Notes under the pieces: model-generated | Databases searched by the model: none | What the model was told of the DNA's origin: nothing | What the model saw: only the letters and a program-made list of their open reading frames with translations | Translations under genes and position numbers: made by a program | IMG/VR virus record: IMGVR_UViG_3300037657_000056 | Location: 1-40,953 of that record | Reading direction: 5' to 3' (one strand) | DNA from: a virus | Taxonomy: Duplodnaviria > Caudoviricetes | DNA length: 40,953 nucleotides | Part shown: positions 1 through 7,920 of the stretch, piece by piece | Position numbering within the stretch: the first letter of the stretch is position 1 | Layout of the letters: every line of letters begins with the position of its first letter

Positions 1-91
1 AATGGACAGCCGCAAGGTTTTGGCATGCTTTTTGTCGGGCACCGTGTGCCAACGTGTGCCATGGGGCACTGCGTCATGGCACAGCCTGTCA

Positions 92-106
92 TGGCACGCG
101 CCTTGC
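92..106 (+). promoter_or_regulatory. sigma54-type -24/-12 promoter candidate
   Basis: TGGCACG-CGCC-TTGC matches the TGGCACG-N4-TTGC consensus exactly; lies in a cluster of TGGCAC/GTGCCA motifs (21-146). Confidence 0.45.
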
Positions 107-154
107 CGGTGGCACACATAGGCTGAGCCTATGGGTCGCGTGGCACGGTACGTG

Positions 155-181
155 GCGAGGGGGCCTTCCGGCCCCCCTCGC
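155..181. terminator. GC-rich hairpin, probable terminator
   Basis: GCGAGGGGGCC-TTCC-GGCCCCCCTCGC (one bulged C) just downstream of the 186..344 minus-strand gene; no long U-tract. Confidence 0.5.
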
Positions 182-185
182 TTCC

Positions 186-344
186 TCACTCCGGGGTGAC
201 CCCGAGGGCTTCCAGGTCAGCCTTTGCCTTCTGGAGGGCCGCCCGGTTCCCTTCGTGGGGGCAGTCGCTCCAGTCGATCAGCGCACCCTCGTAGGCGCGT
301 CGGGCGTTGGCGATTCGGAACTTCGTGCTGCTCGTCTTGCTCAT
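186..344 (-). CDS. small hypothetical protein (52 aa, MSKTSSTKFRIANARRAYEG...), leaderless
   Basis: Hand-translated ORF below the track cutoff; ATG 6 nt after promoter box CGTCTA; followed by a hairpin. Confidence 0.7.
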   Translation of the reverse strand: MSKTSSTKFRIANARRAYEGALIDWSDCPHEGNRAALQKAKADLEALGVTPE

Positions 345-350
345 GAAGGT

Positions 351-378
351 TAGACGGGGCCGAGGGCGCCCTATTCAC
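351..378 (-). promoter_or_regulatory. repeated ECF-like promoter P1 (GTGAAT-N16-CGTCTA)
   Basis: Minus strand GTGAAT(378-373), 16 nt, CGTCTA(356-351); one of 8 copies. Confidence 0.8.
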
Positions 379-390
379 TCTTTCGTCGAT

Positions 391-549
391 TTATTTTCCG
401 AAGGTGAGTTCGGCGATTTGGCGGTCCAGCTCGGCGAGCATCGCGTCCCGGATCAAGGGCCGTGCCGCGTAGTCCTGGTCGACCTGGTGCTTCTCCGTGA
501 GGAGGTAGGAGATTCGCTTCTGCGCGGCGGTGGTCTTCGTCGATTTCAT
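391..549 (-). CDS. small hypothetical protein (52 aa, MKSTKTTAAQKRISYLL...), leaderless
   Basis: Hand-translated ORF; ATG 7 nt after CGTCTA box; stop TAA lies within the AAAATAAATCG element upstream of the next promoter. Confidence 0.7.
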   Translation of the reverse strand: MKSTKTTAAQKRISYLLTEKHQVDQDYAARPLIRDAMLAELDRQIAELTFGK

Positions 550-556
550 GTGAGGT

Positions 557-584
557 TAGACGGCGGCATGCGGAGCCTATTCAC
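557..584 (-). promoter_or_regulatory. repeated ECF-like promoter P2
   Basis: GTGAAT(584-579)-N16-CGTCTA(562-557). Confidence 0.8.
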
Positions 585-780
585 TCGGCGGCGATTTATT
601 TTACGACGACGAGCGCCCTGCATTTCCTCGGCCAAACGAACACGCAGACCCGCTCGAGGTGCCACGGCGTGCGCCATGCCAAGCAATCGTTGCGCGGCGC
701 GGCACATTTGACTCGTCGCGTTGTGCCATGGCAAATTCCCATAGGTTCCCCTTCCGGCTGGTCGGTCAGCCCTCAAGAGT

Positions 781-808
781 TAGACGTCGCGGCGGCGATT
801 CGATTCAC
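781..808 (-). promoter_or_regulatory. repeated ECF-like promoter P3 (divergent from P4)
   Basis: GTGAAT(808-803)-N16-CGTCTA(786-781). Confidence 0.75.
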
Positions 809-821
809 GCTGACGATTTCC

Positions 822-849
822 GTGAATGCCCCGCCGCGACCCGCGTCTG
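822..849 (+). promoter_or_regulatory. repeated ECF-like promoter P4
   Basis: GTGAAT(822-827)-N16-CGTCTG(844-849); ATG at 857. Confidence 0.8.
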
Positions 850-856
850 ACTGTCC

Positions 857-1045
857 ATGCAAGACCGACCCATCCCGCTCCACCTCACCCCCGCCGCCGA
901 CGCGTACCTGCAAGGGTACGAATGCGGCGTGACCATCAGCCCCGAGGACGCCGTCCGCGCGCGCGCCTGGGCCCATGGCCTCCTCGCTGCGACCGAGCGG
1001 CTCGTTGCCGAGCGACCCCTCGGCGTGGCAGAGGTGGCACGATGA
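857..1045 (+). CDS. hypothetical protein, first gene of helicase operon
   Basis: ORF directly after P4; ATGA overlap with the next gene. Confidence 0.7.
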   Translation: MQDRPIPLHLTPAADAYLQGYECGVTISPEDAVRARAWAHGLLAATERLVAERPLGVAEVAR

Positions 1046-1209
1046 CCCTCGCGCGCCTCATCACCGGGGAGGTTGTGTCCGGCACCATCGTTCGCGAGGA
1101 CGGCCGCACCGTGTGGCTCGACTGCGCAGACGGACGCCTGCTCTGGGTCTACGTCGACGCGCTGCTCGGCGAGGCCGAGTCCTGCGTGCGCGTTCGGGTG
1201 GCGGCATGA
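1042..1209 (+). CDS. small hypothetical protein (MTLARLITGEVV...)
   Basis: GAGG RBS; ATGA overlaps on both sides. Confidence 0.65.
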   Translation: MTLARLITGEVVSGTIVREDGRTVWLDCADGRLLWVYVDALLGEAESCVRVRVAA

Positions 1210-1502
1210 CGCCCCGCGCCTGGGCCTACTGGATCGGCTCGGCCCTCGCCGACGCCCGCGAGCTCCGCGGCCCCCTCCGCACCCCGGACGGGATGATCCT
1301 CGACCACGACCCCGCGCACGCCGCTCGCCGCGTCTACGAATGGCGTAACGCCGACCCCGCGCGCGACGTGGTGTTCGTCGGCCCTTGGCCCGTGTGGGGC
1401 GGCCCGCTCGCCGACTCCGACGCGGCGCGGGATGCGTACATCGAGGGCGACGAGTACTGCCGGACCGAGGCCGGAACCATCATGCGCACGAGGGACCTAT
1501 GA
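1206..1502 (+). CDS. hypothetical protein, paralog A of tandem pair
   Basis: Shares WAxWxGSAL, PLRxP, AARxVY, VGPWPxW and AARDA with the next gene. Confidence 0.7.
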   Translation: MTPRAWAYWIGSALADARELRGPLRTPDGMILDHDPAHAARRVYEWRNADPARDVVFVGPWPVWGGPLADSDAARDAYIEGDEYCRTEAGTIMRTRDL

Positions 1503-1801
1503 CCGCCGAAGCCGATCGCCCGCTCACCCGCTGGGCCGTGTGGGAGGGCTCCGCGCTTACCGACCCGCGGGACACCTCCTCCCCGCTCAGGCCCCCCAAG
1601 CTGCTCGTCGCCGCGTGCTCGGCCCTCGAAGCGGCCCGCCAGGTCTACGACTACGGCCACGTCGACCCGGGCGAGTTTGCCACCGTCGGTCCCTGGCCGC
1701 GGTGGGCCGCGACCGTGCTGGACACCTACGCCGCCCGCGACGCGTGGCAGCGCTCGGACGAGTTCGTCCTCGGGCCCGATGGTGAGGTCGTGCCCGCGTG
1801 A
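1499..1801 (+). CDS. hypothetical protein, paralog B of tandem pair
   Basis: Same motifs as 1206..1502; translationally coupled. Confidence 0.7.
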   Translation: MTAEADRPLTRWAVWEGSALTDPRDTSSPLRPPKLLVAACSALEAARQVYDYGHVDPGEFATVGPWPRWAATVLDTYAARDAWQRSDEFVLGPDGEVVPA

Positions 1802-3240
1802 TCGCCCTCCGACCCTACCAGGTGCGCGCCGTCGACGAGGCCCGCGCGGCTTTCGCCGGGGGCGCGCGCGGCGTCCTCCTCGTGCTCCCCACGGGCGGCG
1901 GGAAGACGTTCACGGGCGGGCACATGATCCGCTCGGCGGTCGCTCGAGGGTCCCGCGTCACGTGGTACGCCCACCGCGCCGAGCTCCTCGACCAAGCCGC
2001 GCGCTCGTTCCAGGCCCTGGACCTGAGGGTCTCGGTCAACGGCGACGACGCCACCGCGCCCGTCACCGTCATCTCCCCGCAGACCTGCCTTGCCCGCGGC
2101 GTCGTGCCGCGGTCGAACCTGGCGTTTCTTGACGAGGCGCATCATTACGTATCGTCCGAGTGGCGCCGGATCCCCGATGCCCACCTCACCGCCGGCGCGC
2201 GCCTCGTCGGGCTCACCGCGACCCCCGAGCGCTCGGACGGAACCGGGCTCGGCACGCAGAGTGGCGGGATCTTTGACGCGCTCGTTACGGTCGCCCAGGT
2301 CCGCGAGCTCGTCGACCTCTGGCGCACCGACCCGACGCAGGGACTCGTGCCGATCGCGATCGCGCGCCCGAACGACCGCGTCAAAAAGCTGGCGCAGGAG
2401 CCCGTCGACGCGTACCGCGAGCACGCGGCGGGGAGGACGGCGATCGTGTTCGCGCCGCACGTCCAGGCCGCGACCGACTACGCCGAGGGGTTCCGCGCGG
2501 CGGGGATCGACTGCGCGGTGGTGTCCGACCGCACCCCCGCGACCGAGCGCGCGGACATCCTCGCCAGGTTCAAGGCCGGCGATTTGCGTGTAATCTGCAA
2601 CGTTATGGTCCTCACCGAGGGCTTCGATGCGCCTCGCGCGGACGTGTGCATCCTCGCGCGGAATACCGGTTCGATCTCGCTCTTCATGCAAATGGTGGGG
2701 CGCGTGCGGCGGCCCTTCCCGGGCAAAACGGAGTGCCTCTTGATCGACCTCGTCGGCGCGCGCGAGCGGCACGGGCACCCGGATCAGGACCTGGAGTACC
2801 ACCTCGACGGCGTTGCGGTGACCGCTGCGAGCGAGCGCGTGTCGGCCAAGTACTGCCGCGTTTGCAAGCGCCCGCTGCCGCCCGACGGCAAGTGCGGCGC
2901 GTGCGCGGCGGCGCCGGCCGAACTGGTGACTCCGCGCGGCGAGGGCGTGGAGCTGGAGATCGACAAATTCGCATGGGCGAAAGAGGCGCCGGAGGGCAAG
3001 CAACTCGCGACGCTCCTCGGCTGGCATCGCAAGGCGCTCGCGGCGGGGCATAAGCTGACGAGTGCCAATTACAAATTCAAAGCGGTATTCGGACGGCACC
3101 CGGACGCGGGTCTACTGGCCAGTGCCGATACCGCATTACGCGGGGAGCGCGCTCTCGCTGCGGCCATTTCATCGGCGTTTGCTGCGCTGAGGGAGTGGGC
3201 TCCCACGTGTCCGGACCCGCCAAAGTTGAGGAGAGAATGA
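1798..3240 (+). CDS. superfamily 2 DEAD/DEAH-box helicase with C-terminal Zn-ribbon
   Basis: LRPYQ, PTGGGKT (Walker A), DEAHH, GLTATPER, LTEGFDAP, QMVGR; CRVC..CGAC. Confidence 0.93.
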   Translation: MIALRPYQVRAVDEARAAFAGGARGVLLVLPTGGGKTFTGGHMIRSAVARGSRVTWYAHRAELLDQAARSFQALDLRVSVNGDDATAPVTVISPQTCLARGVVPRSNLAFLDEAHHYVSSEWRRIPDAHLTAGARLVGLTATPERSDGTGLGTQSGGIFDALVTVAQVRELVDLWRTDPTQGLVPIAIARPNDRVKKLAQEPVDAYREHAAGRTAIVFAPHVQAATDYAEGFRAAGIDCAVVSDRTPATERADILARFKAGDLRVICNVMVLTEGFDAPRADVCILARNTGSISLFMQMVGRVRRPFPGKTECLLIDLVGARERHGHPDQDLEYHLDGVAVTAASERVSAKYCRVCKRPLPPDGKCGACAAAPAELVTPRGEGVELEIDKFAWAKEAPEGKQLATLLGWHRKALAAGHKLTSANYKFKAVFGRHPDAGLLASADTALRGERALAAAISSAFAALREWAPTCPDPPKLRRE

Positions 3241-3521
3241 TGAACGACTACGCCAGGCTTGCGAAGGTGATACGGTACGAGGCGTGGCGCGTATGCGCCA
3301 TGCGCATCAACGACGCGATCGAGATCAACGGCGTCACGGGCGAGCCAAAGGAGGCCGACCTTGCCGCCATCCGCGCGGAGATCCGTGGTGCCGTCACGGA
3401 GCGGATCGATGGGGCGCCGCCGTCGTACTTGGAGCCCATGCTCGAAACAGCGTTCGCGTTCCTCTCCCTCGACCTCGGCCAGTTCGGGAGGTTCGACCTG
3501 CGCGGAGGCCGGGTACGGTGA
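3237..3521 (+). CDS. hypothetical protein
   Basis: GAGGAG RBS; ATGA overlap with helicase stop. Confidence 0.6.
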   Translation: MMNDYARLAKVIRYEAWRVCAMRINDAIEINGVTGEPKEADLAAIRAEIRGAVTERIDGAPPSYLEPMLETAFAFLSLDLGQFGRFDLRGGRVR

Positions 3522-3644
3522 GACCCGAGCGACGATGGGACCCCATGCCCCCCGGTGGGATCTGCGAGTCCCTCTACCCCAAGCTGCGCGTCCTCGAGGG
3601 CGTCTGGCGACCATGGTTTCTCGAACAAGTAAAGAGGTTTTACG

Positions 3645-4067
3645 GTGGCAAAATACCCGAAAGATTCCAGCGCGTTGCTCGACAATTTGCCGCTTCCCGC
3701 GAGGCGCGCAGGCAGGCGGACAGAGACGACAATCCAGGGGGAGATCCAACAGGCGGTGGCGGCAATCCCTGACGTGACCATCACCCGCAACACCGTCGGC
3801 CGGCTGCAGGACCGCAACGGCGCGTGGTGGTCGTTCGGGCTCGGCGACGGCTCGCCGGATCTGATTGGAATCTACACGCATCCGCGCGGCGTCGCGCTGG
3901 CGTTTGGCATCGAGGTCAAGACCGAGAAGGGCCGCGTGAGCGCGGACCAAGTCGCGTGGCACGACGCGATGGACAAGCGCGGACTCCCGACGTTCCTCGC
4001 GCGAACCGAGGAGGAGGCCGTGACGCAGGTGCGCCGGTGGATTCTCTGGGCTTCGGGGGTGATCTGA
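3645..4067 (+). CDS. VRR-NUC family PD-(D/E)XK nuclease
   Basis: ETTIQ..., GSPDLIG, IEVKTEKGRVSADQ..W motifs. Confidence 0.88.
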   Translation: MAKYPKDSSALLDNLPLPARRAGRRTETTIQGEIQQAVAAIPDVTITRNTVGRLQDRNGAWWSFGLGDGSPDLIGIYTHPRGVALAFGIEVKTEKGRVSADQVAWHDAMDKRGLPTFLARTEEEAVTQVRRWILWASGVI

Positions 4068-4336
4068 TGGTCGGATATTACAAATGCTGGGCGCCCGACG
4101 AGGGCGACGAGGATGACTCGTCGGCCGAGATTACCCACATTCACGCTGAGTACGCCGCGGAGGAGTACGTCGAAACGCGCCTGCATTACCCCGACTGGCA
4201 CCGCTCCCTCGAGGGGGAAGGCGTGCTCGTTCACGTCCGCGACGTCGCGACGGGGGAGATCGAAACCTTCCGCGTCAAGGCGAGGCACGTCGTGAAGTTC
4301 AACGCGGTACGCGTCGACGAAACGGCAGGGACATGA
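4067..4336 (+). CDS. hypothetical protein (MVGYYKCWAPDEG...)
   Basis: TGATG coupling; coding-like GC3. Confidence 0.6.
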   Translation: MVGYYKCWAPDEGDEDDSSAEITHIHAEYAAEEYVETRLHYPDWHRSLEGEGVLVHVRDVATGEIETFRVKARHVVKFNAVRVDETAGT

Positions 4337-4650
4337 CCCGCGAGGAGTACATGGCCCGGCACCATGCCCGCGTCGCGGTCGCCTCCGCGTTCTGCGAGCG
4401 CGTGGCGGGGTTCGCGCACGCCGCGGTGGTCGACGCCGCGGCTCTCGCCAACGCCGCCGAGGAAGCCCGCCGTGTGCTCCGCGCCATCCCACGTCCGACC
4501 CGCGCCGACCGCGAGGAGGTCGCCACCGCCGAGCGCGCGCTTCTTCACGCGCACGCTGCCGCGGTGTCCTGGACGCTCACCCTGTACGGCTGGCTCGACA
4601 TCGCGGAGGACGCGGCGAGGGACTACGCCGACGCGAAGAGCGAGAGGTGA
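4333..4650 (+). CDS. hypothetical alpha-helical protein
   Basis: ATGA overlap; ends before the terminator hairpin. Confidence 0.6.
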   Translation: MTREEYMARHHARVAVASAFCERVAGFAHAAVVDAAALANAAEEARRVLRAIPRPTRADREEVATAERALLHAHAAAVSWTLTLYGWLDIAEDAARDYADAKSER

Positions 4651-4656
4651 TACGAA

Positions 4657-4677
4657 GCGGGCCCCGATGGGGCCCGC
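4657..4677. terminator. hairpin terminator between convergent operons
   Basis: GCGGGCCCC-GAT-GGGGCCCGC perfect 9-bp stem followed shortly by GTTTTG. Confidence 0.7.
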
Positions 4678-4686
4678 GGCGTTTTG

Positions 4687-4908
4687 TCAGGTGCGGTCGC
4701 GTTCGACCACTTCGTAGTTTCCTACCCATGCGCCGTTCGCATCCAAGAGCCGGCCTTGAGGTCCGTAGGCCTGCTCTCCGCTCGGGTCGGCCGCGTGCGC
4801 GCCGCATAGGCGTGCAGCCTGCTGAACGTCGGCGGCCCAGTCGGCAGACTGCAGGGTGACGACCCGGCGCGGCCTCGGCAGCTCGACCTTAAATCGGACT
4901 CGGATCAT
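4687..4908 (-). CDS. hypothetical protein
   Basis: Coupled to the stop of the upstream ATPase; GGAGAG RBS. Confidence 0.6.
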   Translation of the reverse strand: MIRVRFKVELPRPRRVVTLQSADWAADVQQAARLCGAHAADPSGEQAYGPQGRLLDANGAWVGNYEVVERDRT

Positions 4909-6554
4909 TTCTTCTCTCCCTTCGTGACGGTTTCAACGCTCCATGTTAGCGTGTGCGTGATCGCGTTCATGCTAGAAACCAGGCGCCGCCCGCCGATGAC
5001 GCGGCCGCGCCAACGCGCGAGCATCTTGCCCACCGCCTTCGTGCTCGGCTCGTGACCGGGCTTCGTGCGCAGCGCGTCCGTCACCGCGTCGCGGAGGTCG
5101 GTCAGGTCGTCGTTCTCGCGCTCGGTGCGCCACACCATCGAGACCAGGTCTCGCGCCGACCACGCGCCCGACATCATCCGCACGAGCGACGGCCACGCCG
5201 CCATGAACGCGCGAAGGTCGGAGTCCGTGTCCGTCGCCACGTCATCCCCCCGGGGCACGCACGTGAGCACGTCGGGGCCGCCTGCCCACGCGATCGCCGA
5301 CGGGACGAGCGCCGACCAGCCGTCGAACGACCCGAGCTTGAGCGGGCTCGGTCGCCCCGCCACGTGGTAGGCGCGGAGGATCGTCAGCCCCGCCGCGACG
5401 AGCTTGGCGCGGTTCTCCTTCGCCCACACGACGAGCCGATCGGCGCGCTCGGGGTGCACGTACGAGGTGCGGTTCTCGGGGTTCTCCTCGTTCGTCTGCA
5501 TGCGCGCGCGCAGCACGCGGCGGTTCGTGTCGCCGGTGAGCCCGATGTTGTTTCCGCTCGCGAGGATGACCGGGCGCCAGTCGACCTCCAAGAGCTCGGA
5601 CGCCCCGAGGCCGCGGAACGCGAGGTGCCCGCCGCTGGTCAGGAGCATGTCGATCAGGTCGCCGCCGAACGGCACGTCACGTGACACGTTGTCGATCGCG
5701 AGGATGGGCCCCCCGGCGAGGGCGCTCGCCATCATGGACTTCCGGCGCTCGTCCTCGTCGCGGATCCACGCTTGCTTTCGGGAAGTGTGCCCGGTCGCGA
5801 CCATCGAGATCACGTCCTGTTGCAGCGTCTTGCCGGAGCCGGCCGTCGTCGCGTCGAACAGAAACCCGGGGAGGTTCCCCTCGATGGCCGGCGCCGCGAG
5901 GAGAGTCAGGAGCGCCGCGATCGGAACGTGGCGATCGGCCTCCTCGGGGTACGGGAAATCCACGAACACGTCCCGCAGCGCCGCGAGCGCCGCCACCGCG
6001 TGCTCGCGCGTGGGCTTCTCGCGGACGCGAACCTGAAGCGCGTCGTCCACGACAAGGTAACGCGACGCGGCGTGATACCCCACGGCGGTCACGATCGAGC
6101 CATCGGGCGCAAAAAACGGCGTGGCCGAGAGGCCTGCGATGCGGCGAAGCTTGCTCGTCGCGGGGCACGTCCCCGACAGGACCTGCTCCAGCACCTCCTG
6201 CGGGAACTTGTTTGGCACGAACTTGCCCGTCTTCGCGAGAACCTTTGCGATCGCGCAGCGCCCAAGCTCGTAATTCAGGCGAGCCTTCGTCAGCTCTACA
6301 AGACGCGCGTCGCCATCGCATTGGTCCACGAGCGCGAGCCCGTTCTTGCGTCGGAAGACACGGCCCCCGTCCGGATGCGTCGCGAGGATCTCCAGGGCGC
6401 GCTCGGCGGCGGCGGTCAGGTTCGACGCCTCGATGAAAAAATCGACGCGGCGGTCCGGAGGCGGTTCGGGAGCGACGGACAATGGGCCCTTGGGGTTCGC
6501 CTTTGACGGCTGCTTCGGGGAGTCGTCGGCGAGCAGGTCGAGATCATTCTCCAC
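4905..6554 (-). CDS. phage replicative P-loop ATPase/helicase (primase-helicase C-terminal type, no primase domain)
   Basis: Walker A AGSGKT, Walker B LAIDNV, ASGNN..GD..RR sensor region; C-terminal winged-helix-like VGKMLARWRGRVIGGRRL; adjacent to iterons. Confidence 0.75.
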   Translation of the reverse strand: MENDLDLLADDSPKQPSKANPKGPLSVAPEPPPDRRVDFFIEASNLTAAAERALEILATHPDGGRVFRRKNGLALVDQCDGDARLVELTKARLNYELGRCAIAKVLAKTGKFVPNKFPQEVLEQVLSGTCPATSKLRRIAGLSATPFFAPDGSIVTAVGYHAASRYLVVDDALQVRVREKPTREHAVAALAALRDVFVDFPYPEEADRHVPIAALLTLLAAPAIEGNLPGFLFDATTAGSGKTLQQDVISMVATGHTSRKQAWIRDEDERRKSMMASALAGGPILAIDNVSRDVPFGGDLIDMLLTSGGHLAFRGLGASELLEVDWRPVILASGNNIGLTGDTNRRVLRARMQTNEENPENRTSYVHPERADRLVVWAKENRAKLVAAGLTILRAYHVAGRPSPLKLGSFDGWSALVPSAIAWAGGPDVLTCVPRGDDVATDTDSDLRAFMAAWPSLVRMMSGAWSARDLVSMVWRTERENDDLTDLRDAVTDALRTKPGHEPSTKAVGKMLARWRGRVIGGRRLVSSMNAITHTLTWSVETVTKGEKK

Positions 6555-6720
6555 GTGCGGTCGCCTCCGACTGCGGCGCCAGGTACGCCTCGACCGCCTC
6601 GCGAACCAGCTCGCTCATGGGCCGGCCCGTCCTCTCCCGCAGCCTGCCGAGCCCCTCCCACGCGGAGTAAGGGAGCGAGCACTGAATCACCATGCGCGGC
6701 GGACGAGGTGGCTTGACCAT
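6544..6720 (-). CDS. ribbon-helix-helix (CopG-like) DNA-binding protein
   Basis: IQCSLP...LGRLRERTGRPMSELVREAVEAYL is a typical RHH pattern. Confidence 0.8.
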   Translation of the reverse strand: MVKPPRPPRMVIQCSLPYSAWEGLGRLRERTGRPMSELVREAVEAYLAPQSEATARGE

Positions 6721-6780
6721 CCGATGGCCTAGCGTGGCCTTGTGGTACCACGCAAGCGGAATCGTGTGGCAGAAGAGCCA

Positions 6781-7011
6781 CCGGGTTTCCGGGTTTGCCA
6801 AAATTGAAACCCGGTGGCCAAGTGCCCGGAATGAGACGCTTTCCGGGTTACCGGGTTACCGGGTTTATATATACCCATGTGAGAATGGTGTAGGTATATG
6901 TAGGTATTGTATTTGTGGGGGGCGTACGCGCGTGTAGACCCGGTTTCCCGGGTTTCAATAATTCCAAGGGGTTACGGGTTTGGGCAAACCCGGTGAAACC
7001 CGGAAACCCGG
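6781..7011. repeat. putative replication origin: octamer iterons CCGGGTT(T/A) in both orientations around an AT-rich core
   Basis: Copies at 6781, 6789, 6843, 6851, 6859, 6948 (direct) and 6807, 6986, 6996, 7004 (inverted), plus near-matches at 6939 and 6975; AT-rich 6864-6914. Confidence 0.75.
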
Positions 7012-7112
7012 TGAATCGACCAGGTATCAAGTAGTTAGCTGGGTGGTATGTGTAGGTTGTATGTGGGCGATGGGTATCCGCCTCGCCGACCCCTCCCCCC
7101 ATCCCGGTCCGA

Positions 7113-7610
7113 AAGGGGGTGGGTGTTACGGTCTGAGAGGTGTGCGAGGGTGGGAGGGGTGCCTGGACTGGGAGCTCGAGCTCGCGGGGTGGGGTGGTCG
7201 AGCGGCAGAGGCTGGGAGGGTGGGGGTGTTGCGTGCTGGAGGGTGGTGCCTCTTGGGTGTGTGTGGTGTGGGTGCCTGCATGGGTGGGCCGTGGTGGTGG
7301 GTGCGCGGGTGGTGTGCGGGCTGGGTGCGTCCGGGAGAGGAGAGGCTGGGTAGGGAGAGAGGGTGCGTGCGTGCGGGGTGCGGGGGCCCATGCTGGGGTG
7401 TGGCGCTGGTGTGACCGTGGGGATGGGCCTAGGCTGGGGCTTGGTGGCCCTTGGACGGGTGTGGCGCTAGGGGGGTAGCGTGGTGGTGGGTTGGGGCGCC
7501 GGTGGGGCTGGGAGGTGGCGTTGGGGCGGAGGGTGAGGTGGGGTGGGCGGTAGTGGGAGTAAAGTGTGGGTCGGGCTCGAGGGGGGGTGAATGGCTTGGG
7601 GCGGGGGACG
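7113..7610 (+). other. non-coding, strongly G/T-skewed tract with many GGG runs
   Basis: Top strand dominated by G; ORFs here are low-complexity Gly/Trp or Pro/His artefacts. Confidence 0.7.
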
Positions 7611-7630
7611 TCTATCGGGCATGCAAACCA
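7542..7630 (+). repeat. 89-bp perfect inverted repeat, copy A (contains promoter P5 at 7587-7614 and ATG at 7621)
   Basis: Identical to the reverse complement of 40865..40953. Confidence 0.95.
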
Positions 7631-7875
7631 GCTCGAACGTTCGCTGCTTCACCGTCACCAGCGTCTCCGGCGCCTGGATCAACTCTCACGTCGGAGGCAA
7701 CGCGGAGGCGCGCGCGCTTCAGCAGGCCCAGGAACGCGGCCGGGGTGATCGGGTCGAGGTCCGCTCATGGGACGAGAGCCGTCGCAACTACGGCCCCTGC
7801 GAGGCTGTCCTTTACCCCGTGTACCGCTGCGCCATCGCCCGAGGGTGCCGGGCCACGGCGTTGCGATTGGTGTGA
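7621..7875 (+). CDS. hypothetical protein (MQTSSNVRCF...), leaderless first gene of the rightward early arm
   Basis: ATG 6 nt after CGTCTA; its stop TGA lies inside the GTGAAT box of P6. Confidence 0.65.
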   Translation: MQTSSNVRCFTVTSVSGAWINSHVGGNAEARALQQAQERGRGDRVEVRSWDESRRNYGPCEAVLYPVYRCAIARGCRATALRLV

Positions 7876-7899
7876 ATAGTCCCCAGCAGGGGACGTCTG
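7872..7899 (+). promoter_or_regulatory. repeated ECF-like promoter P6
   Basis: GTGAAT-N16-CGTCTG followed by GGGGGAAGGAGA RBS element also found after P8. Confidence 0.8.
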
Positions 7900-7920
7900 A
7901 TGGGGGAAGGAGAGAAGAGA

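Noticed and set aside
3518-3772. Extra ORF VRPERRWDP... overlapping the VRR-NUC gene
   Set aside because: It fills the gap after 3521 but overlaps the nuclease by >120 nt and has no recognisable motif; cannot be supported
7011-7040. Ninth promoter copy at GTGAAT 7011
   Set aside because: No CGTCTR box 16 nt downstream (AGTTAG instead)
6848-7682. ORFs across the iteron and G-rich region
   Set aside because: Low-complexity translations with atypical codon usage and no RBS
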